A stretch of DNA of 64,000 nt from Candidatus Brocadiia bacterium (GCA_050015075.1 JBEKCB010000027.1:1-64000), one strand, 5' to 3'; counted from the stretch's first letter, positions 31,430 to 42,130 are shown. Notes: generated from the sequence alone by a model not told the origin. Made by a program: numbers and translations.

Positions 31430-31993
31430 TTACGCGCCGGTGCCGACGAACGCCTTGCCGGCCTTGCGGCGGATGACTTCGGTCGTATACTTGATGCCCT
31501 TGCCCTGGTACGGCTCGGGCGGCTTTGCGCCGCGCACGCGCGCGGCGAACTGGCCGACGTCGTGCTTGTCGCTGCCCGAGATCGCCAGCCGGCCCGGGTT
31601 CGTGGCCTGCGTGATCTCGACCTTGATGCCCTTCGGGACCTCGAACTTGATGGTATTCGCGAACCCCAGCTCGAGCAGCAGCACGCCGGCTTCGAGCTTG
31701 GCGCTGAAACCGATCCCGACGATCTCCATGTCTTTGCGGTATCCCTGCGTCACGCCGACCACCATGTTCTTGACGAGGCTCCGCTCCAGGCCGTGCAGCA
31801 TCCGCTGCTGCTTGGTGTCGGAGGCGCGGCTGAGGACCAGGCGCCGGTTCGCCGCGTCGTTCTGGCAGGTGATGCCTTCCGACAGCGAGCGCTCCAGCGT
31901 GCCCAGCGGCCCGGCGACCGTGACTTTGTTGCCCTCCAGCTTGACCTGGACTTTATCCGGCAACGGAACAGGTTGTTTTCCAACTCGTGACAT
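31430..31993 (-). CDS. rplF: 50S ribosomal protein L6
   Basis: MSRVGK and PPEPYQGKGI. Confidence 0.97.
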   Translation of the reverse strand: MSRVGKQPVPLPDKVQVKLEGNKVTVAGPLGTLERSLSEGITCQNDAANRRLVLSRASDTKQQRMLHGLERSLVKNMVVGVTQGYRKDMEIVGIGFSAKLEAGVLLLELGFANTIKFEVPKGIKVEITQATNPGRLAISGSDKHDVGQFAARVRGAKPPEPYQGKGIKYTTEVIRRKAGKAFVGTGA

Positions 31994-32020
31994 CGTCGCT
32001 CACTCCAACTCCAGGACTGC

Positions 32021-32419
32021 TCACCAAATGGTGCAGAGGATTTCCCCGCCGACGTGCTCCTTGCGGCATTCCCGGTCGCTGAGGATCCCGCGCGGCGTCG
32101 AGAGCACGGCGATGCCGGTGCCGCGGAGGACCGGCTTCAACTCGGTCACGTCGCGGTAGACGCGCCGGCCCGGCTTGCTCTCGCGGTTGATCTCGGTGAT
32201 GACCGGCTCGCCGACGGAGCTGTATTTGAGGTAGACGCGGATCATCTTCCGCCGGCCCTGCTCGACGACCTTGAAGTCCTCAATGTAGCCTTCGCGCTTG
32301 AGGACCTCGAGGATCCGGCCCTTCACAATCGAGGCGGGCGCGTCCACTTGGCGCTGGCGCACGCTCACCGCGTTCCGGATGCGCGTCAGCAGGTCGGCAA
32401 TCGGATCCGTCATGCTCAT
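32021..32419 (-). CDS. rpsH: 30S ribosomal protein S8
   Basis: TDPIADLLTRIRNA, SKPGRRVY and GGEI. Confidence 0.98.
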   Translation of the reverse strand: MSMTDPIADLLTRIRNAVSVRQRQVDAPASIVKGRILEVLKREGYIEDFKVVEQGRRKMIRVYLKYSSVGEPVITEINRESKPGRRVYRDVTELKPVLRGTGIAVLSTPRGILSDRECRKEHVGGEILCTIW

Positions 32420-32462
32420 CGGCTCTTATCCCTTCCCGCTCTGCGGGAGTCCAAAACAACCC

Positions 32463-32485
32463 GAGCGCGCAGCGTACTGCGCGCG
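32463..32485. repeat. Short palindromic element gagcgcgcag-cgta-ctgcgcgcg
   Basis: Second copy of the element at 481-503, in the rpsN-rpsH spacer. Confidence 0.8.
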
Positions 32486-32495
32486 GTTTACAGCC

Positions 32496-32681
32496 TCACC
32501 AACTCGCTTTGCGAACGCCCGGAATCTGCCCGGCAGAGGCCAGGTTGCGGAAGCAGATCCGGCAGATTCTGAACTTGCGGTAGTAGGCGCGCGGCCGGCC
32601 GCACAACTCGCAGCGGTTGCGGTGCTGCACCTTGTACTTGGGCGGATTGATCGTCTTTTCCATCAGGCATTTTCTGGTCAT
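32496..32681 (-). CDS. rpsN: 30S ribosomal protein S14 (type Z, zinc-binding)
   Basis: [15 protein letters not shown] and KASW. Confidence 0.97.
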   Translation of the reverse strand: MTRKCLMEKTINPPKYKVQHRNRCELCGRPRAYYRKFRICRICFRNLASAGQIPGVRKASW

Positions 32682-33250
32682 GCGCGCGCCTTATGTTCGG
32701 TGGCCGCCGGCTCGCGGCGGAAGGGGAAGCCCATCATCCGGAGCAATTCCCGCGATGCCTCGGGCGACCCGCCGGTGATCACGATCGTGATATCCATCCC
32801 CTGGACGAACTCGACCTTGTCAATGTTAATTTCCGGGAACACCGACTGCTCCGCGAGGCCGAGCGTGTAATTGCCCGACTCGTCGAACGAATCGGGCGAG
32901 AAGCCGCGGAAGTCGCGGATGCGCGGCATCGCCAGCGAGATCAGGCGGTCGAGGAACTCGTACATCCGCTTCCCGCGCAGCGTCACTTTGCAGCCGATCT
33001 CGTTGCCCTGGCGCAGTTTGAAGGCCGACACCGACTTGCGCGCCCGGGTGATCAGCGGCTTCTGGCCGGTGATCGCCGACAGGTCCTTCACGGCGTCTTC
33101 GAGCCGTTTCTTGTTCTCGGTCGCTTTGCCGACACCCATGTTCACCACGACCTTCTCCAGCCGCGGCACGGCCAGGGTGTTGGTATAGCCGAACTTGCTC
33201 TTGAGTTCGGGAATGACCTTCTCTTTGTATGCGTCCAGCAATCGCGCCAT
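32678..33250 (-). CDS. rplE: 50S ribosomal protein L5
   Basis: [19 protein letters not shown] and FPEI. Confidence 0.98.
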   Translation of the reverse strand: MARLLDAYKEKVIPELKSKFGYTNTLAVPRLEKVVVNMGVGKATENKKRLEDAVKDLSAITGQKPLITRARKSVSAFKLRQGNEIGCKVTLRGKRMYEFLDRLISLAMPRIRDFRGFSPDSFDESGNYTLGLAEQSVFPEINIDKVEFVQGMDITIVITGGSPEASRELLRMMGFPFRREPAATEHKARA

Positions 33251-33291
33251 CTGTGGCGTCCCTTAATCGCGGAAGCGATCCGGCCGGCGGC

Positions 33292-33681
33292 TCAGCGCGC
33301 GCCGCCGCCGATCGTGTCTCCGCATTTCTTGCAAACCCTCAGCACGTCGCGCCGGCGCTTGCCGCGCGAATCTTTTTTCTCGACCACCTGCATGCGGACG
33401 CGCGCCGGCCCGTTGCACTTCGCGCAGAAGAGCGATACGTTCGAGACATGGATCGGCGCCTCTTTGGCCACCCGGCCGCCCTGCGGATGCTTCTGGCTCC
33501 GCCGCACGTGCCGGTAGACGTAGTTCACGCCTTCGACGATGACCCGCTCGGAGTCCGGGATCACCATGAGGACCCGCGCGACCGATCCGGCTTCCTCTTT
33601 GCCGATCGCCCGGCGGTCCAACTGCTTGGCGCCGGTGATCGCCTTGATCAGCACAACCTGGTCGTTTTTTCTGATGCGCAT
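33292..33681 (-). CDS. rplX: 50S ribosomal protein L24
   Basis: VIVEGVN and EAPIHVSNV; insertion in the KOW motif. Confidence 0.95.
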   Translation of the reverse strand: MRIRKNDQVVLIKAITGAKQLDRRAIGKEEAGSVARVLMVIPDSERVIVEGVNYVYRHVRRSQKHPQGGRVAKEAPIHVSNVSLFCAKCNGPARVRMQVVEKKDSRGKRRRDVLRVCKKCGDTIGGGAR

Positions 33682-33700
33682 TCTGCCGTTCCTTGCCTCG

Positions 33701-34069
33701 TCAGACGACTTCCGCCGCGAGGGAGATGATTTTCATGAAGTTCTTCTGGCGCAACTCGCGCGCCACCGCGCCGAAAATGCGCGTGCCTCGCGGATTGCCT
33801 TCCGCGTCAATGATGACCGCCGCGTTCCGGTCGAACCGCACGTACGACCCGTCCGGCCGGCGCACCGGCGAGCAGGTCCGGACGACCACCGCCCGCACGA
33901 CCGCGCCTTCCTCGATCTCGCCGCCGGGCACGGCCTTCTTGACCGAGCAGACGATCGTGTCGCCGATCGAGGCGTACCGGCGCCGCGTGCCGCCGAGCAC
34001 CTTGAAGCAATAGACGATCTTGGCCCCGGTGTTGTCCGCGCAGTCGAGGCGAGTCTGTTCCTGAATCAC
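33701..34069 (-). CDS. rplN: 50S ribosomal protein L14
   Basis: ADNTGAK and [12 protein letters not shown]. Confidence 0.98.
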   Translation of the reverse strand: MIQEQTRLDCADNTGAKIVYCFKVLGGTRRRYASIGDTIVCSVKKAVPGGEIEEGAVVRAVVVRTCSPVRRPDGSYVRFDRNAAVIIDAEGNPRGTRIFGAVARELRQKNFMKIISLAAEVV

Positions 34070-34353
34070 GGCTTGACCTCGCTTCCCACTCGGGCGCCGG
34101 GGCTGACGACGACGCGGACCAGCCGCCAGTGCTTCGTCTTGCTGATCGGCCGGGACTGCATGATCTCGACCGTATCGCCCATCTTGGCCTCTTGCTTCTC
34201 GTCATGCACGCGATAGAGCGTCGCGCGGCGGACGTAGCGGTGATACTTCGGATGCTCCACCAGCTCGACGCTCCGGACGACGATGGTCTTGTTCCGGGGC
34301 TCTCTCTCCACCACGCCGGTCTGCATCGAACGTGGGCGGCGTTCCTCGCTCAT
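34066..34353 (-). CDS. rpsQ: 30S ribosomal protein S17
   Basis: [20 protein letters not shown]. Confidence 0.96.
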   Translation of the reverse strand: MSEERRPRSMQTGVVEREPRNKTIVVRSVELVEHPKYHRYVRRATLYRVHDEKQEAKMGDTVEIMQSRPISKTKHWRLVRVVVSPGARVGSEVKP

Positions 34354-34592
34354 GACTTCTTTGACCTTTCCTCAACGGCCTTCGCCGGGGCGGCGGCGCG
34401 CGCGGCCAGTTCGCGTTCGTGCAGCGCCGTCAACAGCCGGGCGATGTCCTTCTTGAGCTTGCGCAGTTCCGCCGGGCGTTCGAGCTGCTCCGTCTCGCGC
34501 TGGAAGCGCAAGTTGAAGAGCGCTCTCCGCTTTTCCGAGAGTTCGCGGTTGATCTCTTCGTTCGGCAATTCGCGTATTTCCGCAATCTTCAC
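34350..34592 (-). CDS. rpmC: 50S ribosomal protein L29
   Basis: LFNLRFQ and KKDIARLLT; GTG start overlaps the rplP stop. Confidence 0.95.
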   Translation of the reverse strand: MKIAEIRELPNEEINRELSEKRRALFNLRFQRETEQLERPAELRKLKKDIARLLTALHERELAARAAAPAKAVEERSKKS

Positions 34593-35008
34593 AGTTTCGG
34601 CCTCCGCTTCACGAGCCGAACCCGGATCGGCAGCTTGTGCGCGACGCGGTTCAGGGCCTGCCGGGCGACTTCCTCCGGCAGACCGCCGAGTTCGTACAGG
34701 ATCGTGCCCGGCTTGATGACCGCCGCCCAGTAGACCGGCTCGCCTTTTCCGCTTCCCATGCGCACCTCGGCCGGCTTGCCGGTGATCGGCTTGTCCGGGA
34801 ACACGCGGATCCAGACTTTTCCCTCGCGGCCCATATAGTGCTGCGCGGCGACGCGCCCGGCCTCGAGCTGCCGGGCCGCCAGCCACGCCGGCTCGAGCGC
34901 CTGCAAGCCGTATTCGCCGAACGCCACCGTGTTGGCGCGGGTCGCCAGGCCGCGGACGATGCCGCGCTGCGACTTGCGAAATTTAACCCGCTTGGGCATC
35001 AGCGGCAT
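34589..35008 (-). CDS. rplP: 50S ribosomal protein L16
   Basis: [17 protein letters not shown] and RMGSGKG. Confidence 0.97.
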   Translation of the reverse strand: MPLMPKRVKFRKSQRGIVRGLATRANTVAFGEYGLQALEPAWLAARQLEAGRVAAQHYMGREGKVWIRVFPDKPITGKPAEVRMGSGKGEPVYWAAVIKPGTILYELGGLPEEVARQALNRVAHKLPIRVRLVKRRPKL

Positions 35009-35657
35009 GAGCTGTCTCCTTCTGCGGCTCCTCGACGACCGGCTCCAGGTGGATCCAGACCTTGACGCCAATCTTGCCCATCACCGTCAGGGCCTCGGCG
35101 AAGCCGTAATCAATCTTCGCGCGCAGCGTGTGCAGCGGAATCGAGCCGAGGCTGATCATTTCGCGCCGCGACATTTCCGCGCCGCCCAGCCGGCCGGCGA
35201 TGCGGATGCGCACGCCTTTCGCCCCGGCGTCGAGGGTGGTCTCCGCGGCCTTGCGCACCGTCCTCTTGAACGAGGCCCGCTTGCAGAGCTGCTCGGCGAT
35301 CCCTTCCGCGACGAGTTGCGCGTCCATTTCGGGGTGATGGATCTCAACGATGTTGATATCCACCTTCTGCTTCACGATCTCCTCCAGGCGCGCCCGCAGC
35401 CGGTCCACTTCCGAGCCTTTCCGGCCGATGATCACGCCGGGACGGCCGCAGAAGAGCGTCACGCGCACTTCATCGCGCGTCCGGTCAATCTCCACGCGCG
35501 AGATCAGCGCGAAGGCGTAATTGGCCTTGATGAAATCGCGCAGTCTCTTGTCGGCCACGACAAGCCCGCCGAACTCCTTCTTGCGCGCGTACCAGCGGGA
35601 CCGCCAATTCTCAGTGATCCCCAGCCGGAACGATATCGGGTTGACTTTCTGACCCAT
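34983..35657 (-). CDS. rpsC: 30S ribosomal protein S3
   Basis: [24 protein letters not shown] and PLHTLRA. Confidence 0.98.
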   Translation of the reverse strand: MGQKVNPISFRLGITENWRSRWYARKKEFGGLVVADKRLRDFIKANYAFALISRVEIDRTRDEVRVTLFCGRPGVIIGRKGSEVDRLRARLEEIVKQKVDINIVEIHHPEMDAQLVAEGIAEQLCKRASFKRTVRKAAETTLDAGAKGVRIRIAGRLGGAEMSRREMISLGSIPLHTLRAKIDYGFAEALTVMGKIGVKVWIHLEPVVEEPQKETAHAADAQAG

Positions 35658-35680
35658 GTTTCCTCCAAAACGGCCGCGAA

Positions 35681-36163
35681 CTACGGCCGCTTCGCCTCCG
35701 CTTTCGCGGGCTTCTCGGCCTTTACAGCCTTCGCGGGCTTCTCCGTCTTCGCAGGCTTCTCCGCCTTCGCGGGTTTCTCAGCTTTTGCGGACTTCTCCGC
35801 TTTTACGGGCTTCTGCTCTTCGGGCTCTTCGGGAGCCGACGAGACCACCAGGTGAATATGGCATGTGCGAAAGCGCATGCGGGCGGACATGCCGCGAGGC
35901 CGGGCAAACCAGCCCTTGCGCATCGGGCCCGGATCCACCCAGGCCTTCGACACCAGCAGGTCCTCCGGCTCCGAGTCGAACCGTTCGGCCGCGGTGGCGA
36001 CGGCCGACTTGAGCAGCTTGGTGACCATCGCCGAGGTGCGCTTGCGCGTCAGCCGCAGCGTATTGAGCGCGTCGTCCACGCTCGCGCCGCGGACCAGGTC
36101 CACCACCAGCCGCGCCTTGCGCGGGGCGACCTTCGCATACCGATAAGAAACTTCGAGTTCCAT
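35681..36163 (-). CDS. rplV: 50S ribosomal protein L22 with AEKPAK-repeat tail
   Basis: PRKARLVVDLVRG and KLLKSA; repetitive C-terminal extension. Confidence 0.95.
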   Translation of the reverse strand: MELEVSYRYAKVAPRKARLVVDLVRGASVDDALNTLRLTRKRTSAMVTKLLKSAVATAAERFDSEPEDLLVSKAWVDPGPMRKGWFARPRGMSARMRFRTCHIHLVVSSAPEEPEEQKPVKAEKSAKAEKPAKAEKPAKTEKPAKAVKAEKPAKAEAKRP

Positions 36164-36174
36164 GTTCTGCCTGC

Positions 36175-36495
36175 CTAACCGCGCGCCGGAGCGGCTGCGG
36201 CCGGGGCGCCGCCGGCGCCGGCTTCCGCCTTCGCCCGCCGTCCGCTGTGGCCGCGGAACGTGCGCGTCGCCGCGAATTCACCCAGCCGATGACCGACCAT
36301 TTCCTCGACCACGAACACTTTCACAAACGTCTTGCCCTGGTGGACCATGAACGTGTGGTTCACGAATTCCGGGACAATGACACACGCGCGACGCCAGGTC
36401 TTCAGCGGCTCGCGGTCGCCCGCTTCCTTCTGCCGCATTACTTTCTGGCGCAGCTTCGGGTCCACGTACGGGCCCTTTTTCGTCGAGCGGCTCAT
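36175..36495 (-). CDS. rpsS: 30S ribosomal protein S19
   Basis: RS.KKGPYVD and MVGHRLGEFA.TR.F.GH. Confidence 0.98.
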   Translation of the reverse strand: MSRSTKKGPYVDPKLRQKVMRQKEAGDREPLKTWRRACVIVPEFVNHTFMVHQGKTFVKVFVVEEMVGHRLGEFAATRTFRGHSGRRAKAEAGAGGAPAAAAPARG

Positions 36496-36524
36496 GCATC
36501 AACTCCTGAGGCTTCAGCCCGGGC

Positions 36525-37361
36525 CTACCGGCCCGACGGCCGCCGCCGGACAATAAACCGACTGGTCGGGTTCCTGCGTTTCCGCGTCTTTCCGCCCTTG
36601 GACAGCACACTGGTCGGGCCAACCTGCGGCCGGCCGCCGCCGCCGGTGCGGCCTTCGCCGCCGCCCATCGGATGGTCAATCGGGTTCATGGAAGAGCCGC
36701 GGTTGTGCGGCTTGCGGCCCAGCCAGCGCATGCGGCCCGCCTTGCCGAGGCGGATGTTCTGATGATCGAGGTTGCCGACCTGGCCGATGGTCGCGCGGCA
36801 GTCCAGGTGGATCAGCCGCATCTCGCCCGAGGGCATGACCAGGTGAGCGTACTCCCCTTCCTTCGCGGAGATCTGCACCACCGAGCCGGCCGAGCGCGCG
36901 ATCCGCGCGCCGGAGCCGGGCGTGCTTTCGACGGCGTGAACCGGCACGCCCTGCGGGATGTTGCGGAGCAGCATCGTGTTGCCGATCTTCGGCTCCACTT
37001 CCTTGCCGGAGAGCAGAATCTGCCCGACTTCGAGCTTGTCCGGGCAGAGGATATATCGCTTCTCGCCGTCCTTGTAGTGCAGCAGGGCGATGCGCGCCGA
37101 GCGGTTCGGGTCGTATTCGACTGCGGCGACGCGCGCCGGAATCCCGTCCTTGTCGCGCCGGAAATCAATCATCCGGTAGCGCTGCTTGTGCCCGCCGCCG
37201 CGGAACCGGGTGGTCGTGACGCCCTGCGCGTTCCGGCCGCCGGTTTGCTTTTGCGGAAGGGTGAGCCTCTTTTCCGGCTTGGACTTCGTGATTTCCGCGA
37301 AGTCGGAGCTGGTGCCCAGGCGCCGGCCCGGCGACGTCGGTCTGAATTTCTTTATTCCCAT
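36525..37361 (-). CDS. rplB: 50S ribosomal protein L2
   Basis: [17 protein letters not shown] and [14 protein letters not shown]. Confidence 0.98.
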   Translation of the reverse strand: MGIKKFRPTSPGRRLGTSSDFAEITKSKPEKRLTLPQKQTGGRNAQGVTTTRFRGGGHKQRYRMIDFRRDKDGIPARVAAVEYDPNRSARIALLHYKDGEKRYILCPDKLEVGQILLSGKEVEPKIGNTMLLRNIPQGVPVHAVESTPGSGARIARSAGSVVQISAKEGEYAHLVMPSGEMRLIHLDCRATIGQVGNLDHQNIRLGKAGRMRWLGRKPHNRGSSMNPIDHPMGGGEGRTGGGGRPQVGPTSVLSKGGKTRKRRNPTSRFIVRRRPSGR

Positions 37362-37392
37362 TGCACGTCCTCATCCTCGCCCGGAGGCTGGA

Positions 37393-37677
37393 TCAGATAA
37401 ACTCGATATTCTCGCCCGGCGCGAGGGTCACAATCGCCCGCTTCCACGGCCGCGCCTGGCCCTTGACGAACCGATACCGGCGCGCCTTGCCGTGGCGCGT
37501 CATCGTCCGGACCTTGCGCACGTGGACGCTGAAAATCTCCTCGATGGCCTTCTTGACTTCAGCCTTGCTGGCGCCCATGTGCACCTCGAACGGATACTGG
37601 TTCAGGTGCGTGGCGCCGGACATCCCCTTTTCGGTGATGAGCGGCCGCAGGATGATCTGGTAACTGTCTCTCTTCAT
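37393..37677 (-). CDS. rplW: 50S ribosomal protein L23
   Basis: PLITEK and KRAIVTL. Confidence 0.96.
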   Translation of the reverse strand: MKRDSYQIILRPLITEKGMSGATHLNQYPFEVHMGASKAEVKKAIEEIFSVHVRKVRTMTRHGKARRYRFVKGQARPWKRAIVTLAPGENIEFI

Positions 37678-38300
37678 GAGCGGAGCGCCTCGATCACGCG
37701 TTGGAATGCCGTCTGGGTGAAAATCAGCCGGTTCGGCTGAAGAATATCGTATGCGTTGACATCCAGGGCGCGGCGGATGGTCACGGCGGGAATGTTGCGC
37801 GCGGATTTCAGGACGTTCGGGTTATCGCCGTCCACGACGAGCAGGCACCGGCCTTCGACGCGCAACGACTTGAGCAGCGCGGCCACGGTCTTGGTCTTCG
37901 GGGCGTCGAGCGCGATTTCGCTGACGAGCGAGACCACGCCGTCGCGCAGCCGCGCGAGCAAGGCCGAGCGCGTGGCGCCGCGGCGCGCGGCTTTCGGGAT
38001 ATGATAGGAGATGTCGCGCGTCATCGGCGGGAACGCCATGCCGCCGCCGCGCCGATGGGCCACGGTCCGCTGTCCGGCGCGGGCGTTGCCGGTATGCTTC
38101 TGGCGATAGATCTTGCGGGTCGAGCCGCTGACCTCGCCGCGGGTGAGGTGGCCCTTGGTGCAGACGTGCTGGTTCATCTGGTACATCTGCACCGCCTGCC
38201 GGAGCAGCATTTGCCTCACGCGTCCGCCCAGCGAACTCTCGTCCACTTCCACGGGCGCGAGCGCCTGCCCCTGCATGTCGAACATCGGAACGGAGATCAT
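37674..38300 (-). CDS. rplD: 50S ribosomal protein L4
   Basis: TRGEVSG, RQKHTGNARAG and SARNIP. Confidence 0.97.
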   Translation of the reverse strand: MISVPMFDMQGQALAPVEVDESSLGGRVRQMLLRQAVQMYQMNQHVCTKGHLTRGEVSGSTRKIYRQKHTGNARAGQRTVAHRRGGGMAFPPMTRDISYHIPKAARRGATRSALLARLRDGVVSLVSEIALDAPKTKTVAALLKSLRVEGRCLLVVDGDNPNVLKSARNIPAVTIRRALDVNAYDILQPNRLIFTQTAFQRVIEALRS

Positions 38301-38944
38301 GATTGCTTCCCCTTGCCGTGCAGGCGCGCGCGCACGACCACGTAGCTGCCGATGGCGCCCGGCACGGCGCCCTTCAGGAGCAGCAGATTCTTTTCCGCAT
38401 CCACCTTCACGACCTTCAAGTTGGTCGTCGTATGGCGGGCGTCGCCCATGTGGCCGGCCATGCGCGTGCCGCGGCGCACGTGGCCGGGGTCCGTGTTGCT
38501 TCCGATGGAGCCCGGCGCGCGGTGGTCTTTCGAGGCGCCGTGCGAGGCCGGGTGGCCGTGGAAGCCGTACCGCTTCATGCCGCCCTGAAATCCTTTGCCC
38601 TTCGTCGTGCCGATCACGTCCACGTGCTCGCCGTCCTTGAACATGTTCACGGTGATCACCTGGCCCAGTTCGATCTTGTCAGCGCCGACGGGGGCGACTT
38701 CGCGAATGAACCGCTTCGGCTCGGTCTTGGCCGCGCGGGCGTGGCCGGACTCCGGCTTCGTAGCGCTCTTGCGCCGGCGGTCGTCGAAGCCGAGCTGAAT
38801 GGCGTCGTAGCCGTCCGTGGCTTTGTTCTTGACCTGCATCACAGGGCAAGGCCCGGCCTGGATGACGGTGACCGGCAGCAGCGTGCCGTCGTCCGTGAAG
38901 AACTGCGTCATCCCGATTTTCTTCCCCAACAACCCGGCGACCAT
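38297..38944 (-). CDS. rplC: 50S ribosomal protein L3
   Basis: [19 protein letters not shown] and MAGHMG. Confidence 0.98.
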   Translation of the reverse strand: MVAGLLGKKIGMTQFFTDDGTLLPVTVIQAGPCPVMQVKNKATDGYDAIQLGFDDRRRKSATKPESGHARAAKTEPKRFIREVAPVGADKIELGQVITVNMFKDGEHVDVIGTTKGKGFQGGMKRYGFHGHPASHGASKDHRAPGSIGSNTDPGHVRRGTRMAGHMGDARHTTTNLKVVKVDAEKNLLLLKGAVPGAIGSYVVVRARLHGKGKQS

Positions 38945-38964
38945 GGGTGCTGCTCCTGTAAAGG

Positions 38965-39273
38965 TCAGGCCTTGATCCGAATGTCAACTCCGGCGGGCAT
39001 ATCGAGCCGGCCCAACGCGTCAATCGTCTTGGCGGTCGGGTCAATGATGTCAATGATGCGTTTGTGGGTGCGGATTTCAAATTGCTCGCGCGACTTCTTG
39101 TCAATGTGCGGCGAGCGCAGCACGGTGTAGCGCTCGATCCTCGTCGGGAGCGGGATGGGGCCGCTCACTCGCGCGCCGGTGTCCTTGGCCGCCTCGATAA
39201 TCTTGGCGGCGGACTTGTCGAGTATCCGGTGGTCGTACGCTTCCATGCGGATTCGAATTCTGTCTTTACTCAT
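38965..39273 (-). CDS. rpsJ: 30S ribosomal protein S10
   Basis: GPIPLPT and [13 protein letters not shown]. Confidence 0.98.
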   Translation of the reverse strand: MSKDRIRIRMEAYDHRILDKSAAKIIEAAKDTGARVSGPIPLPTRIERYTVLRSPHIDKKSREQFEIRTHKRIIDIIDPTAKTIDALGRLDMPAGVDIRIKA

Positions 39274-39399
39274 TGCCGGCCGTTCCCCACGCGCGCGCTC
39301 TTACATGGTGACATAAATGACATACGCTCCCTGCTTCTCCGTAAGCTCCCGAGCCGGAGTTGTTCGGTTCAAGGTATTCTGGGTTGCACAAAGATACGC

Positions 39400-39428
39400 A
39401 ATATAACGTATTTATGACCGGAAGTCAA
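39400..39428 (-). promoter_or_regulatory. S10 operon promoter TTGACT-17-TATATT
   Basis: Near-consensus boxes in the AT-rich fusA-rpsJ spacer. Confidence 0.65.
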
Positions 39429-39446
39429 CTCTATTTTTTCACGTTT

Positions 39447-41510
39447 TTAGACAACCCATCGCTCGTAAACCTTCTTCGGCGCGGGCCGGTAATCGCTGGG
39501 CTCCAGCGTGTACGTGCCGCGCCCCTGGGTCAGCGAGCGCAAGGCCGTGGCATAGCCGAACATCTCAGAAAGCGGGGCCGTCGCCGCGACCACGCGCAGT
39601 TCGCCGCGGTCCTGGACCTGCGTGATGTCTGCGCGCCGGCTGTTCAGGTCGGCGATGATGTCGCCCAGGTACTGCGCGGGCGCGACCGCCTCCAGCGACA
39701 TGATCGGTTCGAGGAGCACCGCGCCGGCCTCCTCCACCGCCTTGCGCATCGCCATGGATGCGGCCGCCTCGAAGGCGACGTCGTCGGAATCGGAAGGATG
39801 TTCCTCCGCGTCGAGCAGCGTGACGGCCACGTTGATCAGCGGGTACCCGGTGACCACGCCACCGCGCGCGGTCTCGGTGACGCCCGTCTCGATCGCGGCG
39901 GCGAAACGCCGCTTGATTTTCTGCGGCGGCACCTCATTGACGAAGGAAACTTTTCCGCGGAGCGCCGCGGGACTGACGCGCAACTTGACGACGGCGAACG
40001 TCCCGCGCGTCCCGGTCTGCTGGACGATACGGCCTTCCGCTTCGCGCTCTGCGGCGACGGTCTCCTTGTAGGCGACCCGCGGTTCGCCCACGTTCGCGTC
40101 CACGCCGTAATCCTCGAGCAGCCGGTTCTTGATCACCTCCAGGTGCAGCTCGCCCATGCCGCTGATGACGAGCTGTGCGGTTTCCGCGTCGTTGCGGACT
40201 TCGAAGGTGGGATCCTCGCGCGTCAGTTTTGCGAGCGCCGCGGTGAGCTTCTCGCGGTCGGCCTGCGTGCGCGGCTCGATCGCCATGCTCACGACCGTCG
40301 AGGGGAACTGCATCGGTTCGAGCAGGATGGGAGTCGCCGCCTCGCAGAGCGTGTCGCCGGTGGCCGTGTGGCTCAAGCCGCTGACTGCGACGATTTCGCC
40401 CGGGCCCACCTCGGCCGGCTGTTCCTCCTTGCGGTTGGCCATCATCTGGTAGATGTGTCCGACGAGTTCCTTGCGGTCGCGGCGCGGGTTATACAGGCGC
40501 CGGCCCGTGCGCAGGACGCCGGAGTACACGCGGACGTACACGAGTTCGTCGTAGCGGTCGGTCGCAACCTTGAATGCGATCATCGTCAGCGGCTCGTCCG
40601 GCGAAGGCTTTCTCTCGATGCTCCGCCCGCCGTGCGCCGGGTCTATGCCGATCACCGGCGGGACATCCGCCGGCGAGGGCAGGAAGTCGCAGACTGCGTC
40701 GAGCAGCGGATGGATGCCCGTCTTCCGCAGCGCCGAGCCGCAGAGGACCGGCACGGCCTTGTTGGCCAGGGTCAGCTCGCGGATGCCGGACCGCAACTCC
40801 TCTTCGTTCAGGGTGCCCGCTTCGAGGTACCTGCCGGCGAGGCGGTCCACCTGGTTGGCGACCGCTTCGGCCAGCCGGTCGCGCCAGAGCGCGGCGTCCT
40901 TTTCCAGTTCGGCCGGCACGGCTTCCTCGCGGATGTTCACGTCAATGCCGTCCACGTCGAAATACAGGGCGCGCATCCGGATCAGGTCCACCAGGCCCTG
41001 AAGCCCCTTCTCGCGCCCGATCGGGATCTGGAGCACCAGCGGCCGGACGCCGAGCCGTTCGCGGATGGCCTCGACGACGCGGAAGAAATCCGCGCCGAGG
41101 CGGTCGAGCTTGTTGACGAAGCAGAGGCGCGGCACTTTGTAGCGGTCGGCCTGGCGCCAGACGGTCTCGGTCTGGGCCTCGACACCGCCGACGCCGCACA
41201 GGACGATGACCGCGCCGTCGAGCACGCGCAGCGAACGCTCCACCTCGGCAGTGAAGTCCACGTGTCCGGGCGTATCAATCAGCGTGATGAAGCAGTCGCG
41301 CCATTCGAAACTGGTCGCGGCGGAGGTGATGGTGATGCCGCGACGCTGCTCTTCCTTCATCCAGTCGGTGACGGTGGTGCCCTCATCCACCTCGCCCATC
41401 TTGTACGTCTTGCCGGCGTAATACAGGACGCGCTCGGTGGTGGTGGTCTTGCCGGCATCAATGTGCGCCATGATGCCGATATTGCGTCGTTGGGCCAGAG
41501 AGACCTTCAT
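39447..41510 (-). CDS. fusA: Elongation factor G (divergent domain IV)
   Basis: AHIDAGKTT, RGITI, DTPGH, NKLD and GMGELHLE; in the str operon. Confidence 0.93.
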   Translation of the reverse strand: MKVSLAQRRNIGIMAHIDAGKTTTTERVLYYAGKTYKMGEVDEGTTVTDWMKEEQRRGITITSAATSFEWRDCFITLIDTPGHVDFTAEVERSLRVLDGAVIVLCGVGGVEAQTETVWRQADRYKVPRLCFVNKLDRLGADFFRVVEAIRERLGVRPLVLQIPIGREKGLQGLVDLIRMRALYFDVDGIDVNIREEAVPAELEKDAALWRDRLAEAVANQVDRLAGRYLEAGTLNEEELRSGIRELTLANKAVPVLCGSALRKTGIHPLLDAVCDFLPSPADVPPVIGIDPAHGGRSIERKPSPDEPLTMIAFKVATDRYDELVYVRVYSGVLRTGRRLYNPRRDRKELVGHIYQMMANRKEEQPAEVGPGEIVAVSGLSHTATGDTLCEAATPILLEPMQFPSTVVSMAIEPRTQADREKLTAALAKLTREDPTFEVRNDAETAQLVISGMGELHLEVIKNRLLEDYGVDANVGEPRVAYKETVAAEREAEGRIVQQTGTRGTFAVVKLRVSPAALRGKVSFVNEVPPQKIKRRFAAAIETGVTETARGGVVTGYPLINVAVTLLDAEEHPSDSDDVAFEAAASMAMRKAVEEAGAVLLEPIMSLEAVAPAQYLGDIIADLNSRRADITQVQDRGELRVVAATAPLSEMFGYATALRSLTQGRGTYTLEPSDYRPAPKKVYERWVV

Positions 41511-41621
41511 GCGACGATCACCTCACCATGATGCCGCCTCGCGAAAGGGCGAGGCGGCGATCCACAGGCGGAGAGCTTCGGCGGGCGTGGAGCGGGCAGA
41601 ACGGTCCGGTGTACGGCAGGT

Positions 41622-42095
41622 TCACCAGGCGAAATGCGCAAACGCCTTGTTCGCTTCCGCCATCTTGTGAACGTTTTCCCGCTGAGTAAACGCCGCCCCC
41701 GTCTTGTTGTACGCGTCCACGAGTTCCGCCGCGAGCTTGACGTGCATCGGCTTGCCCTTCTTCGAGCGCGCCGCGTCGAGGATCCAGCGGATCGCCAGCG
41801 CGGTCGCCCGGTTGCGGGGCACTTCGACCGGGACCTGGTACGTGGCGCCGCCGACGCGCTTCGAGCGCACTTCCAGCGTGGGCCGAACGTTGTCCAGGCA
41901 GGTCTCGAACGCCTTGAGCGGATCCACGCCCGGCACCTTTTCCTCGAGGATGTCCAGCGCCTGGTAGAAGCACCTTTCGGCGGTGCTCTTCTTGCCGCAG
42001 TGCATCAGGCAGTTGATGAACTTGGAGATCAACTTGCTCTTGTGGCGGACGTCCGGCTTGAGGAAGACTTCCGTGCTGCGATATTTCAGAGCCAT
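41622..42095 (-). CDS. rpsG: 30S ribosomal protein S7
   Basis: GKKS, RVGGATYQVP and HKMAEANKAFAHF. Confidence 0.98.
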   Translation of the reverse strand: MALKYRSTEVFLKPDVRHKSKLISKFINCLMHCGKKSTAERCFYQALDILEEKVPGVDPLKAFETCLDNVRPTLEVRSKRVGGATYQVPVEVPRNRATALAIRWILDAARSKKGKPMHVKLAAELVDAYNKTGAAFTQRENVHKMAEANKAFAHFAW

Positions 42096-42130
42096 CTTGA
42101 GTTTGCTCCTCCTGTTTCCTTGAAGCGCGG

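Noticed and set aside
41533-41558. GC-rich hairpins in the rpsG-fusA and rplJ-rplL (about 50928-50973) spacers
   Set aside because: Single occurrences without a U-tract or second copy in the window; ordinary mRNA stems cannot be excluded.
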